From the NCBI GenBank assembly GCA_041665365.1, contig JBAYIY010000003.1, positions 68,260 to 132,259 of the forward strand: a stretch of DNA of 64,000 nucleotides, given 5' to 3'. Under the pieces are notes generated by a model. The model was given only the letters and a program-made list of their open reading frames with translations. It had not been told where the DNA came from and made no database searches. The translations under genes and the position numbers were made by a program. Shown in pieces: positions 20,750-30,057 of the stretch. Numbering within the stretch: the first letter of the stretch is position 1; the number at the start of each line of letters is the position of its first letter. Origin of the DNA: Patescibacteria group bacterium. Lineage in GTDB: Bacteria > Patescibacteriota > Patescibacteriia > UBA9570.

Positions 20750-22744
20750 TTATTTTTCTGACTGAGTGATAATAAGCAATGCAACAGAAGCAGAATATAA
20801 TGCTGGATATATTAGAAGACGCGACCATGATACACTAATCATAGTTGATATATTTGGTTCTGTGCTGAATAAATAAGTTAGACTCATTCCGAAAATATAT
20901 ATTATTATGGGTATAATAATATATGTATGAGCCAACATACCCTTAATCCCAAATGGTTTTTTGTACATCAGTACAATTGGCATACTTAGCATTAATAACC
21001 AACCAGCCCGATCTTCATAACTTATGAAAGAAATATTTCGTAGTACTATATTATAGTAGAGCTCGAAGTGAATAATGATTTGATACAGATTAATTGGAGC
21101 ATACACCACACTGTGAACTCCTAAATAGTTTTTTTGTATTAGCCAAATTGCATATGGGATAGCTGCCAATCCAATGCTTAGAAACAATTTTTTTAAGGGT
21201 AATAGTTTTTTTTCAGCAAAGGTTAAAAGTAGAAATGGTGCAAAAAATAATACAATTAACAACAAGCCTTCTTGTTTTGAAATCAATATAATGCTTACCA
21301 ACATACTGAATAAATACCAAAAAATATTATGTTGTGTTTTATACCACAATATGCCGAGAATCATCAGTAATCCAAATAACGGCCAAAGTATTGTATCTGC
21401 CGCACTGGGTGTACCATGAACCGAAGGAATTATACTATAGAGTAGCCATATGGCAATTAGCCACCACAAACGATTAGGTGTCAAGGCTTTAATGGCTAAA
21501 GCCACGCTACTAACAAATATGATCTGTAAAAAAACACTAAATATTGCATAACTAGTCAAAAGTTGAGTTGTGTCTATTCCAGGGAAATACATTTGATCCT
21601 TTGAAATATGAAATACCCATAACCACAAGCTCAAGAAAATTGAAGGTCCAGGTGGATAATGTGTCAGTAAAGCAGTTTGCCCAATTTGTTTTGCAACTAA
21701 ATCCACTGGCCAGTAACCATAATTATATACAAACATTGATCCATAGATATAGCGTAAATTATCACCCATTGTTAAAAGTGAATTCAGATATCGTGGTAAA
21801 AAGGTAAGGATAACAGTTCCTAGAATTAATCCAGTTGTAATTACGTGTGATATTAACTTTTGAAAGTTAATATAAGTAATGGTAAATCTTTTTACATGTC
21901 TAATGCTAAATAAATATAGACTGATTGATAATATCCATAGAAACACAGGCAACCAAGAAAATATATCTATAAGTATTACACTAAATAAAACAGTAATAGG
22001 TAAAATAATCAGAAATGAAAGATATCCAGAAATAATAGTCACACATAAGCGCCAGTATTTAGTTAGGTTTGAAGTAATGTGCCAGGCTAACAAACTGCCG
22101 TTAACGATTATTCCAAATAGTATAGCTAAACGTAACCAGATTATTATATCAGGAAATTTTCTAGGCTCAGTGGCAATGTAATAGGAAAAAAAATTTGCAA
22201 ATGTGATTGGATTTACACTTTGAGCAGAATTTCCAATTCGATATTTAATACTTTCCCATATTTCATCACTTTCCACGAGAACAGTGCTAGATTGTAATTG
22301 TTGCAATAATTTAGTTTTTGTTGCAGTATCAACTAGTTCCCATGGAATCGTATCATTATCAAGACATCTTGATAATGTATCATTAATTTGTCTGCATGAC
22401 GATATATAAAAAAAATTACCATCTTCATCAACAGCATAGAACCTGCCAACTCCACTATTACTATCAATAGATATTTTGGCATTTTCCTTTAATATAAACC
22501 AAATATTATTATCTTCAGGATAGCTTGATGGAATATAACTAGTGATGTCCCATGGAATACTATAACTATTTTCAGATGTAATAAAAGTATAATTTTGTCC
22601 CAAACTAGGGTGGGGGTTAATTATAGACGGCATTATATCTTTCCATGATGATGGCGATTGTAAAGTTACTAAAACACAAACAGCAAAGGCCAAAAAAAGT
22701 GGAGCAATTATTAACCAAAAAACTAGATGAACAATCTTTATCAT
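20750..22744 (-). CDS. Large polytopic membrane protein with an extracytoplasmic N-terminal domain (glycan polymerase- or transferase-like?)
   Basis: The 664-aa product has a signal or anchor, then a ~170-aa soluble domain, then more than 12 transmembrane helices. Confidence 0.4.
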   Translation of the reverse strand: MIKIVHLVFWLIIAPLFLAFAVCVLVTLQSPSSWKDIMPSIINPHPSLGQNYTFITSENSYSIPWDITSYIPSSYPEDNNIWFILKENAKISIDSNSGVGRFYAVDEDGNFFYISSCRQINDTLSRCLDNDTIPWELVDTATKTKLLQQLQSSTVLVESDEIWESIKYRIGNSAQSVNPITFANFFSYYIATEPRKFPDIIIWLRLAILFGIIVNGSLLAWHITSNLTKYWRLCVTIISGYLSFLIILPITVLFSVILIDIFSWLPVFLWILSISLYLFSIRHVKRFTITYINFQKLISHVITTGLILGTVILTFLPRYLNSLLTMGDNLRYIYGSMFVYNYGYWPVDLVAKQIGQTALLTHYPPGPSIFLSLWLWVFHISKDQMYFPGIDTTQLLTSYAIFSVFLQIIFVSSVALAIKALTPNRLWWLIAIWLLYSIIPSVHGTPSAADTILWPLFGLLMILGILWYKTQHNIFWYLFSMLVSIILISKQEGLLLIVLFFAPFLLLTFAEKKLLPLKKLFLSIGLAAIPYAIWLIQKNYLGVHSVVYAPINLYQIIIHFELYYNIVLRNISFISYEDRAGWLLMLSMPIVLMYKKPFGIKGMLAHTYIIIPIIIYIFGMSLTYLFSTEPNISTMISVSWSRLLIYPALYSASVALLIITQSEK

Positions 22745-22841
22745 AATTTAGGCGTAGCATAACCTAACATTAGTAACCTTGTAAATAGCTGAAAAATTTT
22801 ACTAATATTATAATATAGTATATATTCTAGTGGAATGAAGT

Positions 22842-23813
22842 ATGGTAAATAGAATTGCATTAATAACAGGAGTCCTCGGGCAAGATGGTAGTTATCTAGC
22901 ACAGTTGTTGTTGCATAAAGGCTATCAGTTGATTGGTACGAAACGAACTACGAGTGATTTATCTAATCACAACTATTTAGGTATTACTAAACAAGTTGAA
23001 TATGTTGATTGTGATTTACAGAACGAGACTGCTATTCAAGATGTAATCTCACATTACAAACCAGATGAGTTATATCACTTGGGTGGTTTATCAGCTCCCG
23101 GGCAATCCTGGTCGGATCCTAAAGCCTACACTGAAACTAATGCTCTCGGTATGTTATATTTATTAAATGCCATCAAGATGCATTCACCCAAAACAAAACT
23201 GGTCAATGCAGCCACTAGTGAAATGTTTGGTGCCCAACATCAAGGTGGTTTACAGACCGAAGAAACTCCCTTTCAACCAACTAACCCATATGCTGTGACA
23301 AAAATTTACGCGTATTGGATGGGTCAAATATACAAAAAAAGTTACAATTTATTCGTGGCTAATGCTATTTTATTTAGTCATGAATCACCGTTACGTGGCC
23401 CACAATTTGTGACACGTAAAATTTCTATGGGTGTGGCGAAGATAAAATTAGGTTTAACTGATCATATTGTCTTAGGAAATATTGAAAGTAAGCGTGATTG
23501 GGGGTTTGCCGGTGATTATGTAGAAGCCATGTGGCGCATTGCCCAACAAACCGAACCAGATGATTTTGTGCTATCAACAGGTGCGGTACATACAATTAGA
23601 GAATATTTAGACATTGCTTTTCAGTATATTGGTATTCAAGATTGGACATCATATGTTCAAACCGATCCAACATTGTATCGCCCAATTGATTTGCCTAACT
23701 TGTCTGGCGCTTCCGAAAAAGCGCAACGAGTTCTGGGTTGGAAGCCGCAAGTTGATTTTAAAGCGTTGGTTGAGTTGATGGTACAAGCTGATTTGGGCAG
23801 ACTATCTGGTTGA
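22842..23813 (+). CDS. gmd: GDP-mannose 4,6-dehydratase
   Basis: The N-terminus ALITGVLGQDGSYLAQLLLHKGYQLIGTKRTTS is nearly the canonical Gmd sequence. The catalytic YAVTKIYAYW motif is present. Confidence 0.85.
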   Translation: MVNRIALITGVLGQDGSYLAQLLLHKGYQLIGTKRTTSDLSNHNYLGITKQVEYVDCDLQNETAIQDVISHYKPDELYHLGGLSAPGQSWSDPKAYTETNALGMLYLLNAIKMHSPKTKLVNAATSEMFGAQHQGGLQTEETPFQPTNPYAVTKIYAYWMGQIYKKSYNLFVANAILFSHESPLRGPQFVTRKISMGVAKIKLGLTDHIVLGNIESKRDWGFAGDYVEAMWRIAQQTEPDDFVLSTGAVHTIREYLDIAFQYIGIQDWTSYVQTDPTLYRPIDLPNLSGASEKAQRVLGWKPQVDFKALVELMVQADLGRLSG

Positions 23814-23846
23814 CAACTAAAGATCATTAGGTGTACAAGCACTAGT

Positions 23847-24128
23847 ATGACTTCAAAACGTATAGTAACTATCATTTTAATCTGCTATGTACTCGTATCG
23901 GCTGGATACATTAGTTATCGTCTCTGGCAAGATTTTGTTGATCATTACTCAACTCAAGCCTTTGCTCAAGGTAAAGCTGCCACCATCCAAGCTGTTATTG
24001 AACAAGCCAGTCCCACAACCTGTAAATCATTTACGGTTTATGACGTTGATCAACAAGTGCAATTGATTAATACCGCCTGTTTAACTAATCAAGCAGCTGA
24101 TCCATCAGCTCCAACCACTGGCCAATAA
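23847..24128 (+). CDS. Small secreted or membrane-anchored hypothetical protein
   Basis: The 93-aa product has an N-terminal hydrophobic helix. It lies immediately upstream of the 744-aa fibre-like protein. Confidence 0.3.
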   Translation: MTSKRIVTIILICYVLVSAGYISYRLWQDFVDHYSTQAFAQGKAATIQAVIEQASPTTCKSFTVYDVDQQVQLINTACLTNQAADPSAPTTGQ

Positions 24129-24132
24129 CCTT

Positions 24133-26367
24133 ATGAAAACATTTTTATCAAGCGTCATGATACTTTCTCTGGTTATGTTGCCTAGTTTAACTTTAGCCAT
24201 AACGGCGAGTGATGTGGTGTGTGTGGGTTGTATTGGTCCAATTGATTTAGCCGATGGCGGTGTAACCAGTGCCAAGTTAACAAATAATGCTGTCACTGGT
24301 ATAAAAATTAGCGATGGTACGATTTTAAATATTGATATCAATTCAGCGGCCGCTATTGACCCTAAGAAAATTTTTGGCACCGCCTGGACAGCCGCTAACG
24401 ATGGTGTCAGTTCTGGTCTAGATGCAGATTATTTTGATGGATTAACGAGTAGTCAGTTTTTAAGGAGCGATATGTCTAGCCAAATTAATGGTACTTTTAA
24501 TATTGTCGGATCTCTCGGTATTGGCACAACCAGTGCTCCTGTAAAACCATTAACTATTGCTGCTGGCAGTAATGACGCAATGTATATTACCAGTGACGCC
24601 AGTGATGATTGGTATGTTGGTCCTAATGTAGTCACATCTGGTTTTGGAATTTATGATGTTACAAAATCAGCTTCGCGTTTTCATATTACTACCGATGGTA
24701 ATGTTGGTATTGGTACAGCCACACCATCAGAAAAATTAGATGTGCAGGGGAATATTCTTGCTTCTGGAATAATTTCAGGATCGGCAGCTGGATTATCTGG
24801 TAGTACTAGTGAAACAACTTTAGCTCTAAGTAATACTGGGACAGGTGGCAAAGATTGGTTAATTCGTTCTACCAATGACGCCTCTGGTCATGGTGGTGGT
24901 AAATTAGTCTTCGATATTGGCGGAGTCGGTAAAACCACCATCACAGCTGATGGCAACGTTGGTATTGGTACAACTTCACCATCAGAAAAATTAGATGTGC
25001 AGGGGAATATTCTTGCTTCTGGAACCATTTGCAATAGTACTGGTGCCTGTGTGGGGGATACTAGTAGTAGTTCCTCGGGTGTTAGTGGCTCAGGAACAGT
25101 AAATAGTCTATCAAAATGGACATCTTTAGGTGGTGGTGGCAGTAGTGGCAGCAGTAGTGCCAGTTTGGGTAATTCTTTATTTAACGATGACGGTTCTACC
25201 GCTGCGGTTAGTACAGCAGCGGAAGTGACTAGTCCAAGTGCTTCATCATTAACCCTTGGGTCAGTGGATACAACTAATGAAGGTGGAGAAATACGATTGG
25301 AAGGAGCGGCTTCGTATAAATATTCTTACATTGATAATTATCAGGGTCAAACTAGAATTATTTCAAAGGATACTTCTGGAGAACATACAGCTTTGACAAT
25401 TGATGGAAATGGCTATGTTGGAATTGGTGACACTACGCCAGAAGATTTATTGAAAGTGAGTTTAACTGACTCCGCAACTAATGCCATCAATGGATCAAAT
25501 TGGGCAACCACGGGAAATGCCGTAGGTATCTTTGGTTTAACCGATTCTACTAGTACTGGTAGCGGTAGTGCTGTTGGTGTTCAAGGTTTAGCAGATAACT
25601 CCGGTGAAGGAGGTGATGCGCTTGGTGTCTTTGGTCGTACCTTAACGCAAGGGGGTCACGATTCTAGTCATAGTGATGCAACAGTTGGTGTGTATGGTGA
25701 TGCTACTGCTACATCAGGTTCAAACTATGGTGTGTGGGGTGATACCTACACTACAGATCATAATTCTGCTGGCGTGCGCGGTGTTTCTCTTGGTAAGAGT
25801 GGTACAGCTGATGGTGTACAAGGTGAAACAAAATCTGGTGATGCTGGAGCCTATGGAGTTTATTCTGCTGGGTCGACGGCAGCAACGGGTACTAAGTCAG
25901 CTGTGGTTTATACAGATTCACAAGGGCCAACTGAATTATACGTTGAAGAATCAGCCGGCATATGGTTCTCCGATTATGGTGAAGGTCAGCTTATTAATGG
26001 GAAAGCGCACATCACGATAGATCCACTTTTTGCTCAAACTATTACAGTTGATGATCAACATACAATGGAAGTATTTCTCCAGCCGTACGATTATGTTGGT
26101 TCAAATCAGTTAACTATTCAGCGTGGTTCTAATTCATTTGATGTCATAGAATCAAACAACGGTCAAAGTAATGCCCAATTTGCTTACAAAATTCTAGCCA
26201 AAAGAAAATATTACGCTGATCGTCGTTTAATGGCTACACCAGTCACCATTGATCAGTTCATGCGACCTGATCTTACAGAACAACAGAGGGCAGATTTGAA
26301 TAACAAATGGAATATTGCTCAGCCTGTACAAAGTCATTCAAGAGAGACACCTATCATTGAGCCATAA
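24133..26367 (+). CDS. Secreted Gly/Ser-rich fibre-like repeat protein (tail-fibre-like DGNVGIGT...KLDVQGNI repeats)
   Basis: It has a signal peptide. The motif DGNVGIGT(A/T)(T/S)PSEKLDVQGNILASG is repeated about 85 aa apart, and Gly/Ser/Thr-rich tracts follow. Confidence 0.5.
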   Translation: MKTFLSSVMILSLVMLPSLTLAITASDVVCVGCIGPIDLADGGVTSAKLTNNAVTGIKISDGTILNIDINSAAAIDPKKIFGTAWTAANDGVSSGLDADYFDGLTSSQFLRSDMSSQINGTFNIVGSLGIGTTSAPVKPLTIAAGSNDAMYITSDASDDWYVGPNVVTSGFGIYDVTKSASRFHITTDGNVGIGTATPSEKLDVQGNILASGIISGSAAGLSGSTSETTLALSNTGTGGKDWLIRSTNDASGHGGGKLVFDIGGVGKTTITADGNVGIGTTSPSEKLDVQGNILASGTICNSTGACVGDTSSSSSGVSGSGTVNSLSKWTSLGGGGSSGSSSASLGNSLFNDDGSTAAVSTAAEVTSPSASSLTLGSVDTTNEGGEIRLEGAASYKYSYIDNYQGQTRIISKDTSGEHTALTIDGNGYVGIGDTTPEDLLKVSLTDSATNAINGSNWATTGNAVGIFGLTDSTSTGSGSAVGVQGLADNSGEGGDALGVFGRTLTQGGHDSSHSDATVGVYGDATATSGSNYGVWGDTYTTDHNSAGVRGVSLGKSGTADGVQGETKSGDAGAYGVYSAGSTAATGTKSAVVYTDSQGPTELYVEESAGIWFSDYGEGQLINGKAHITIDPLFAQTITVDDQHTMEVFLQPYDYVGSNQLTIQRGSNSFDVIESNNGQSNAQFAYKILAKRKYYADRRLMATPVTIDQFMRPDLTEQQRADLNNKWNIAQPVQSHSRETPIIEP

Positions 26368-26372
26368 CAGTA

Positions 26373-26401
26373 TTGACACCCACTAACCCCTTTGCTATTC
26401 T
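26373..26401 (+). promoter_or_regulatory. Candidate sigma-70 promoter for the rpsF-ssb-rpsR operon
   Basis: TTGACA at 26373-26378, a 17-nt spacer and TATTCT at 26396-26401 lie about 90 nt upstream of the rpsF ATG. Confidence 0.4.
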
Positions 26402-26491
26402 ACTCCCACTAATTAAGTGTCCCACTCTTTATCCATATTATGCTCCCGCACATAGGGTTTAGCATAATGAGTGAGACCTAACCAATATTTC

Positions 26492-27043
26492 ATGACCCAA
26501 CATTACGAAATAATGTATATCCTACCTGGTTCGATTGAATTAGGTCAGGTACCCGCCAGTAAGGTAAAAGTTACCGAGCTGGTACAAGCGGCTGGTGCTG
26601 CCATTACCAGTGAGTTTGATATGGAGCGTCGTCGCTTAGCTTATCCAATTAATAAGGAAGGCTACGGTTACTATCATGTCATGCAGTTTGATGCCGAACC
26701 CAGTGTGATTAAAGCACTCGATGCTAAGATTCGTTTAGAAAACTTAGTATTGCGTTTTATTATCACCAAGTGCAAACCAATGACAGCTGAACAAATTAAA
26801 ACCATGGTAGCGGGGGAACAGTATAAAAAGCAACGCCCACAACCGGAAGTGGTTGTAGCGGCTGTGAAATCTGAACAAACCAGTGCTACTGCCTTGAGTG
26901 AGGCCGAGATGGAATTTGCCAAATCCACTTCCAGTAAGCATGTTGAAGAAGTTGAGGCCATCGATCAAAAAGTTTCCATCGAAGAATTGGATAAAAAACT
27001 CGATGCCATTCTGGAAGATACTGACTTAGATAAAAAACTCTAA
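26492..27043 (+). CDS. rpsF: 30S ribosomal protein S6 with an acidic C-terminal extension
   Basis: [13 protein letters not shown] matches the S6 N-terminus (MRHYEI...). It shows the conserved rpsF-ssb-rpsR synteny. The ATG at 26492 is preferred over the upstream track start. Confidence 0.85.
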   Translation: MTQHYEIMYILPGSIELGQVPASKVKVTELVQAAGAAITSEFDMERRRLAYPINKEGYGYYHVMQFDAEPSVIKALDAKIRLENLVLRFIITKCKPMTAEQIKTMVAGEQYKKQRPQPEVVVAAVKSEQTSATALSEAEMEFAKSTSSKHVEEVEAIDQKVSIEELDKKLDAILEDTDLDKKL

Positions 27044-27054
27044 CCTATAACTTT

Positions 27055-27549
27055 ATGGATCTCAACAAAGTTATGTTAATCGGTCGCGTCACCAAAGACC
27101 CAGAGGTACGCACCATCCAATCTGGTCAAATGGTGGCCAGCTTTTCCATGGCCACAAATCGGCAATGGAAAGATGCTCAAGGTAACCGCCAGGAAAAGGG
27201 TGAATTTCACAACATCGTGGCTTGGAGAAAATTAGCCGAGATTATTCAAACCTATGTTAAAAAAGGTATGAAGATCTACATCGAAGGTCGTTTAGAAACG
27301 CGCTCCTGGGATGACCCACAAGGCGTTAAAAAATATCGTACCGAAATCGTGTTAGACAATATGATTATGCTTGACGGCAAGAACTCATCAACTCCAACAA
27401 CTCGAACAACTCCAACATCTCCCTCATCTCCCTCATCTCCCGCATCTCCCGCATCTCCCTCATCTCCCGCGCCTGTGGCAGGAGACGTTCCTGCGCCAAC
27501 CGTTAATAATTCAGACGAAGAAATTCGTATTGAGGATATTCCTTTTTAA
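27055..27549 (+). CDS. ssb: Single-stranded DNA-binding protein
   Basis: The OB-fold N-terminus reads [16 protein letters not shown]...[13 protein letters not shown] disordered PSSPAS-repeat linker follows. The C-terminal acidic tip ends in DIPF. Confidence 0.85.
   Translation: MDLNKVMLIGRVTKDPEVRTIQSGQMVASFSMATNRQWKDAQGNRQEKGEFHNIVAWRKLAEIIQTYVKKGMKIYIEGRLETRSWDDPQGVKKYRTEIVLDNMIMLDGKNSSTPTTRTTPTSPSSPSSPASPASPSSPAPVAGDVPAPTVNNSDEEIRIEDIPF
27415..27470 (+). repeat. 9-nt tandem repeat (catctccc[t/g]) encoding the PSSPAS-repeat linker of SSB
   Basis: There are six consecutive near-identical 9-mers inside ssb. Confidence 0.8.
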
Positions 27550-27557
27550 TAATACTT

Positions 27558-27821
27558 ATGAAACCAACCAATAAATCACATTCCAGACAACCACAACCTC
27601 GTACCGGTAAACGCAATCGGTTCTATGTTAAAGCCTTAGAATCGCTAAACTACGATGAGATCGATTATAAAAATGTTGAGATGCTCCGTTTAGTGATGTC
27701 GAATTACTTCCGGATTTTGGCCGGTAATCGGACCGGAGCGCATGCTCGGATGCAACGTAAATTAGCCACAGCGATAAAACGATCGCGCACCATGGCCCTC
27801 TTACCATTTACCCGTCTCTAG
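27558..27821 (+). CDS. rpsR: 30S ribosomal protein S18
   Basis: RFYVKALESLNYDEIDYKNVEMLRLVMSNYFRILAGNRTGAHARMQRKLATAIKRSRTMALLPF is canonical S18. Confidence 0.85.
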   Translation: MKPTNKSHSRQPQPRTGKRNRFYVKALESLNYDEIDYKNVEMLRLVMSNYFRILAGNRTGAHARMQRKLATAIKRSRTMALLPFTRL

Positions 27822-27822
27822 T

Positions 27823-28386
27823 ATGTTGACGATGAATGATCTAAAAGTCGGTGTTATGATTAACCTTGATAATACGCCTTATCAAGTAGTCTGGTCAGAT
27901 TTCATGCGTACGGCGCAACGTAAGCCAGTGATGCGCACTAAATTACGTCATTTGATTACCGGTCAAGTATTAGAAAAAACTTTCAAGCCCGGTGATAAAA
28001 TTGCCGAGGCCGACATGCGGCGTGGTCGCGCTCAATTCATGTATCGTGAAGGTGATAATTTCAATTTCATGGATAATGATAATTACGAACAATTTGCTTT
28101 TACCAAAGAGCAAGTGGGTGATATCGGTAATTATGTTAAAGAAGGTGAAGATCTTGATGTGATGAATTTCAACGATAAACCAGTGACCATTTCTTTACCA
28201 CCGAAAGTAAATTTGCGTGTCGTCGAAGCTCCGCCTGGAGTGAAAGGTGATACCGCTGGTAATATCACAAAAAAAGTGAAATTAGAAACCGGCTATGAAG
28301 TGGCCGTACCAATGTTCATTAAAGAAGGTGAAGTGATTCGCATCAATACCGAAACCGGGGAATACATGGAACGGGTGAATGAGTAG
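27823..28386 (+). CDS. efp: Elongation factor P
   Basis: The 187-aa product begins MNDLKVGVMINLDNTPYQVV...KPGDKIAEADM and has the three-domain EF-P layout. Confidence 0.9.
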   Translation: MLTMNDLKVGVMINLDNTPYQVVWSDFMRTAQRKPVMRTKLRHLITGQVLEKTFKPGDKIAEADMRRGRAQFMYREGDNFNFMDNDNYEQFAFTKEQVGDIGNYVKEGEDLDVMNFNDKPVTISLPPKVNLRVVEAPPGVKGDTAGNITKKVKLETGYEVAVPMFIKEGEVIRINTETGEYMERVNE

Positions 28387-28410
28387 AAGAGGCTCCATAT
28401 CCCCCAATGT

Positions 28411-28453
28411 AAAAACAGTAGAGACATGCCATGGCATGTCTCTACTGTTTTTA
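28411..28453. terminator. Rho-independent (bidirectional) terminator after efp
   Basis: A perfect ~15-bp palindrome (cagtagagacatgccatggcatgtctctactg) is flanked by an A-run upstream and a T-run downstream. Confidence 0.6.
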
Positions 28454-28469
28454 TTGTTAATCGTATATA

Positions 28470-29906
28470 ATGATGTCTATGAAACGAACCAAAATTGTTT
28501 GCACCATTGGCCCGGCCTCGGAGAGCAAACCAGTCTTAATTAAAATGCTGCAAGCGGGCATGGATGTCGCGCGGCTGAATTTTTCGCATGGCACGTATGA
28601 TAGTCATAAAGTTTTAATTGCCAACATTCGTGCGGCAGCTAAACAAGTGGGTAAAACCATTGCTATCATGCAAGATCTGCAAGGTCCGCGTATTCGGGTA
28701 GGGGAAGTGCACCGTGATGGCATTGAATTAACGCGCGGTGAACCAGTGGTGTTTATTCCGCAATCATTTATCAATTACAAATTACTAATAACTGGTAAAG
28801 AAAAAATCATCCCATTAGGTTATGAACAATTATATAAATTTACTAAACCGGGTAAACATATATTAATCAACGATGGTTTAATTGATATTCAAGTTAAACA
28901 TATTAAAGACAAATTTATTTACGGGACAGTAGTGAAACCCGGTTTTATTTTTTCGCATAAAGGGATTAATTTGCCCGGTGTTAGCATTGAAGCTGATGTC
29001 ATTACCGATAAAGATCGGGAAGATCTGAAGTTTGGTTTATCACAAGACGTTGATTATGTCGCTCTGTCCTTTGTAAAAGACGCCAGTAATGTCCGGGCGC
29101 TACGAAAATTAATTGGTAAACATCCGGTGCGGATTATTTCTAAAATAGAACGCAAAGAAGCCTTAGATAATTTTAAGGAAATATTAAACGAATCTGATGG
29201 TATTATGGTAGCACGTGGTGATTTGGGTATTGAAATTCGTCCAGCCGACGTACCGTTAGCCCAAAAAAGTATCATTCAACAATGTATGTTGGTCGGCAAG
29301 CCAGTGATTGTCGCCACCCAAATGTTGGAATCAATGATTTTAAACCCACGCCCAACGCGTGCCGAAGTATCCGATGTCGCCAATGCGGTAATCGATCACA
29401 CTGATGCCGTGATGTTGTCCGGTGAATCGGCTTTTGGTAAATATCCAGTCGAAGCGGTGGCCATGATGTCAGATATTATTAGTGAAACCGAGCGGTCGAA
29501 ATATGACGATGTACCGTTACACTTTTTAGCGCTACATGACCAAACTGTAGAAGATGCTATTTCGGTTGTAGCCGATGATTTAGCTGAACAACCACGCGTG
29601 CGTGCTATTGTGGTGCATTCGTTATCTGGTCACGCCGCCCGCATGATCGCGCGCCATCGCCCTGCCAAACAAGTGATTACATTAACCAATAATGCTGCCA
29701 CCAAGCACCAGTTAGCCTTAAGTTGGGGAGTGGATACAATATTAATTCCAACCTGCCATAGTTTAGATCAATTGATTAAACTCACCACCACAGCGTTGAA
29801 AAAAGCCAAAGTAGTCAAAACCGGTGATTTTATCGTGTTGGTAACCGGTCAACCCGTGGCCAAATCCGGCGGTTTGAATTTGGTCAAATTGCACCAGGTG
29901 AAATAA
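28470..29906 (+). CDS. pyk: Pyruvate kinase
   Basis: KIVCTIGPAS...MDVARLNFSHG plus a full PK barrel and C-terminal domain. The true start may be the ATG at 28479 (MKRTKIV). Confidence 0.9.
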   Translation: MMSMKRTKIVCTIGPASESKPVLIKMLQAGMDVARLNFSHGTYDSHKVLIANIRAAAKQVGKTIAIMQDLQGPRIRVGEVHRDGIELTRGEPVVFIPQSFINYKLLITGKEKIIPLGYEQLYKFTKPGKHILINDGLIDIQVKHIKDKFIYGTVVKPGFIFSHKGINLPGVSIEADVITDKDREDLKFGLSQDVDYVALSFVKDASNVRALRKLIGKHPVRIISKIERKEALDNFKEILNESDGIMVARGDLGIEIRPADVPLAQKSIIQQCMLVGKPVIVATQMLESMILNPRPTRAEVSDVANAVIDHTDAVMLSGESAFGKYPVEAVAMMSDIISETERSKYDDVPLHFLALHDQTVEDAISVVADDLAEQPRVRAIVVHSLSGHAARMIARHRPAKQVITLTNNAATKHQLALSWGVDTILIPTCHSLDQLIKLTTTALKKAKVVKTGDFIVLVTGQPVAKSGGLNLVKLHQVK

Positions 29907-29909
29907 CTT

Positions 29910-29999
29910 TACCCCCTCTGTCCCCTTTGCAGGGGGATAAGATAAAAAGGTTAGAAAAAAATCTTTTCTTAGCCCCCTGCAAGGGGGTTAGGGGGGTAA
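29910..29999. repeat. GC-rich composite palindromic element (two inverted hairpins, cccctttgcaggggg and ccccctgcaaggggg) between pyk and ppsA
   Basis: The two hairpin cores are reverse complements of each other and flank an A/T-rich centre. It probably acts as a terminator, but its GC-rich stems are unusual in an AT-rich genome. Confidence 0.5.
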
Positions 30000-30057
30000 A
30001 CATCGATGATTAATATTCATGTTGCCCTTTTTACGGCAACCCTGTACAATACGCGCC

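Noticed and set aside
26471-26491. Extended N-terminus of rpsF (MRPNQYF...)
   Set aside because: S6 orthologues begin at M-(R/T)-x-Y-E-I. The internal ATG at 26492 gives the canonical N-terminus.
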